A stretch of DNA of 63,580 bases, counting the filler. It is 8 parts of 8 records of this genome, joined end to end, with 100 filler letters (N's around TTAATTAATTAA, not from the genome) between each part and the next. Parts side by side here need not be neighbours in the genome. Positions count along the whole stretch, not along the records: positions 55,875 to 63,580 come from SRR31147125_28085; 7 more parts are not named here. The stretch is one strand, 5' to 3'. Position numbers and translations under genes: made by a program. Positions 60,547-63,580 of this stretch are shown here, in pieces. The stretch's first letter is position 1. Every line of letters begins with the position of its first letter. The notes beneath the pieces were generated by a model. It searched no databases. It saw only the letters and a program-made list of their open reading frames with translations, and was not told the DNA's origin.

Positions 60547-63500
60547 ATGAAACGATTTCATAAGCATAGTTTACTTATTCTTTCTGTAGTTTTATTCTTA
60601 ATTGCGTTTGTAGTTGATTTTCAGTTTGTCAGTAATCATCCAGAGAAACGATTGATTGATACGTTTCAGAGTAAGTTCCTGGAGCAGGAGCTACTGCTAG
60701 ATCAGAAACTAAATGAAATCGAAGATGTAATTTTGAGCGATGGGTTTAGCGGAAATCTTCAAGCAGAATTTGCTGATTTATCAAAAATATATGATGAAAA
60801 CAAGATTGGGTTTTTAATTCTTGAAGGGAGTGAAATACTTTATTGGTCTAATAATCATTTTTCATTTGGTGGAAGATTTCCACGGTTAATGATTAATTCC
60901 AGTTTGGTTCAATTACCAAATGGAACCTATTTTTCAAAAACAAAATATTCTGACGGATTAAAATTGGTTGGATTAATTCACCTGAAAAACAATTATTCAA
61001 TTCAAAATAAGTATGTCGATAATGGGTTTGTTAAACCTTTTCGTTTGCCAGAACAATTTTTAATTAAAAAGAAGGCTTCAGAGGAATCTGTCTCGGTTTT
61101 AAATACAGAGGGTGATTATGCGTTTTCAATATTTCCCGGTGGCGAAATTCAGAGCAATACATATCAGCTCTATTTTTCTGCGGTTTTATTTGTTCTGGCT
61201 TTACTTGCACTTTTCTTTTTTGCCAGAACGGTTATGAAAGATTTTCGCGAAGAGCACTTTCTATTGCGAATAATTGTTTTGGCTCTTTCGCTTTTCGGAT
61301 TGTATTGGTTACACTTAATTTTTAAAATACCTACATCATTTTATTTGTTTGATTTTTTTGGACCATCAATTTACGCATATTCGTTTTGGATTCCTTCTTT
61401 GGGCGATTTTACCATTCTTGTGGTTTTTATCTTTTTCTGGAGTTTGAATTTTATTAAAGAATTAAAATTCAGAAAAAAGAAGTCATCTTTAGAAGTAATT
61501 TATGTACTTGTTTTTACGGTTCTTTTTTATTTTCTGGTAAATTTTCTGGTACAGAACCTAATTGTAAATAGTAGTATTTCATTGGAATTGAATCACATTG
61601 GTGATATCAATTTTTACAGTTTAATTGGCCTTTTTGTAATTGCAACTCTGTTTTTGTCTGCCTTTTTAATTAACCTAAAGGTTCTTGAGCTTGGGATGAA
61701 ACAGTTTGTCGATAAACGGTTTTTACGATTCAATTTTCAGGCTTTAATCGTTTTTGGAATTCTGTCAATTATCTTTAAAAACACTTATGTTTATACTTTA
61801 TGTCTGTTTTTGCTTACCAATTTTTCGGTTGTCGCATTACGGAACACACAGCTAAAACGATATTCATTTTCATACCTCATTTATTTTGTTTCAATTTTTG
61901 CTTTCTTTTCACTCATAATTATTCAGCAGAATCAAGAAAAAAGACAAATAGAGATTCAAAAATTGATGGCAGTTACCTTGAACTCTGAACATGATCCGGC
62001 TGCTGAGGTTTTTTTAAAAGAGATGCAGGAAGAAATTGGATTGGATTCAATAATTCCATATTTACTTTCGCCACCATATCTGGATTTAGAGAATTATTTG
62101 AAACGGAATTATTTTAGTGGATATTTTCGTAAGTATGATCTTCAGGTTACTGCTTGTGCCGGATATGATAGCCTGTTGGTTGAACCCGATAATAATCTGG
62201 TTCCTTGCTTTCCGTTTTTTGATGATATGATTGAGCAGTTCGGTACTCATATTCCAGGAACCAGCTTTTATTTTTTGGATAATATGAATGGACGGATTTC
62301 TTATTTTGGCAAGCTGTTGTATCCGTTGGTTGCTGACTCAATTGGGGTTTCCATTTTTCTTGAGTTTAATTCAAAACTTTTGCCTGAAGGTGCAGGTTTC
62401 CCCGAGTTATTGCTTGATAATTCGATGATAAAACCTGATCGATATCGTCATTTCTCATATGCAAAATATTTCGATCGAAGTCTGGTGCATTTAAGTGGAG
62501 ACTATCAATACAATTACTATATCGATTCTTATGAAATACCACAAGATAGTGTAGAGTTTTCATTGGTAAGTTGGGATGGTTATGATCATTTAGTATATCA
62601 TTTGGCTGAGGATAATTACATTTTTGTGAGTGCACACTCATTTGAATTTCTGGATTACCTGATTTCCTTTCCATACCTTTTTGTTTTTACTTTCTGGTTA
62701 TTTTACTGATGATTTTTATCGGAAATCCGTCCTATCGGAGGCAGGCAATTCTTTATGATTTACGTTTTAAAATTCAGGCATCAATTATTGCGGTTGTACT
62801 GGGGGCCTTATTGGTTGTTGCAGCAGGTACTATTTTTTATAACATTCAGGAATATGAGGCCAAGCATCAGTATGACCTGAACGAAAAAATGAAATCAATT
62901 GCTGAAGAAATTGATAATCGGTTGAATGGTGTAGATGTGATTACAAGGGATTTGCAGGACTGGATGGAACGGGAATTAAATAAGCTTTCAAATATTTTCC
63001 GTACTGATATTAATATCTATGGTGTAGATGGGCGGTTGCTGGCTACTTCAAGACCTGAGATTTTCTACAGAAGAGGAATTCAATCAGACCGTATAAATTC
63101 AAATGCCTATTATGAGTTGATAGAGAATTACCAAGTGAGTTATTATCAGCCAGAAATTATTGGGAATCTGCGATACTCATCAATTTATGAGCCTATTATC
63201 AATAACAATGGAGATTATCTGGGTTTTATTAATTTGCCGTATTTTACAAAGGGCGATAAACTGAAGCAGGAAATTACAACCTTTATTGTAGCCTTTATCA
63301 ATTTGTATGTTTTGCTGTTCCTTGCCGGGGTATTTGTCGCTGTGTTTCTGGCTAATCAAATTACCAGACCGCTTAGCCTTATTCGTGAAAAACTAAAAGG
63401 CATTCAGTTAACCGAAAAGAATGAACAAATAAGTTATCATCGCGACGATGAAATTGGCTCATTAGTGAAAGAGTACAACCGAAAAGTAGAAGAATTGGCA

Positions 63501-63580
63501 GAAAGTGCAGATTTGTTAGCACGAACTGAACGTGAATTGGCTTGGAGGGAGATGGCTAAACAAGTTGCACATGAGATAAA
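60547..63580 (+). CDS. Large multi-TM sensor histidine kinase (NtrY-like), apparent frameshift at 62684-62688, 3' truncated
   Basis: One extra T continues the frame (VFYFLVILLMIF...) to HAMP (ITRPL..DEIG.LV.EYN) and H-box ERELAWREMAKQVAHEIK. Confidence 0.85.

Noticed and set aside
1-63580. CRISPR arrays, rRNA/tRNA genes, transposases
   Set aside because: None detected by eye.

Overview
This window is not one locus. It is eight unrelated metagenomic contigs joined by 100-bp N/TTAATTAATTAA linkers (contigs: 1-6401, 6502-11640, 11741-16776, 16877-22013, 22114-35121, 35222-50641, 50742-55774, 55875-63580). Contents in order: (1) Bacteroidota-like, with a membrane pentapeptide-repeat/GT4 fusion and a carboxy(nor)spermidine polyamine operon. 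(2) Bacteroidota GH127-galM-GH2 cluster and an ECF sigma factor. (3) High-GC, Desulfobacterales-like: a two-component system divergent from a sigma54 promoter driving a pylB (methylornithine synthase) homolog, followed by an HpsN/HisD-family dehydrogenase rather than pylCD. (4) A Nik/Dpp-type ABC transporter operon. (5,6) KSB1/Calditrichota-like contigs with glycan enzymes, CTD-bearing secreted proteins, an M4 peptidase with a stand-alone propeptide lipoprotein, and an Omp85 plus kinase-like lipoprotein pair. (7) A low-GC, translationally coupled operon (histidine kinase/HATPase - receiver protein with an unknown C-terminal domain - His-rich unknown protein - N6-adenine MTase), the best candidate for an undescribed signalling-coupled defence/modification system. 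(8) Bacteroidota housekeeping genes (mutL, two rhomboids, yihY, rlmH, sensor kinase). About a dozen genes carry single-base deletions, mostly in homopolymer runs, probably sequencing errors; I reconstructed those genes by eye. All family and taxon calls come from motif recognition, not database searches.
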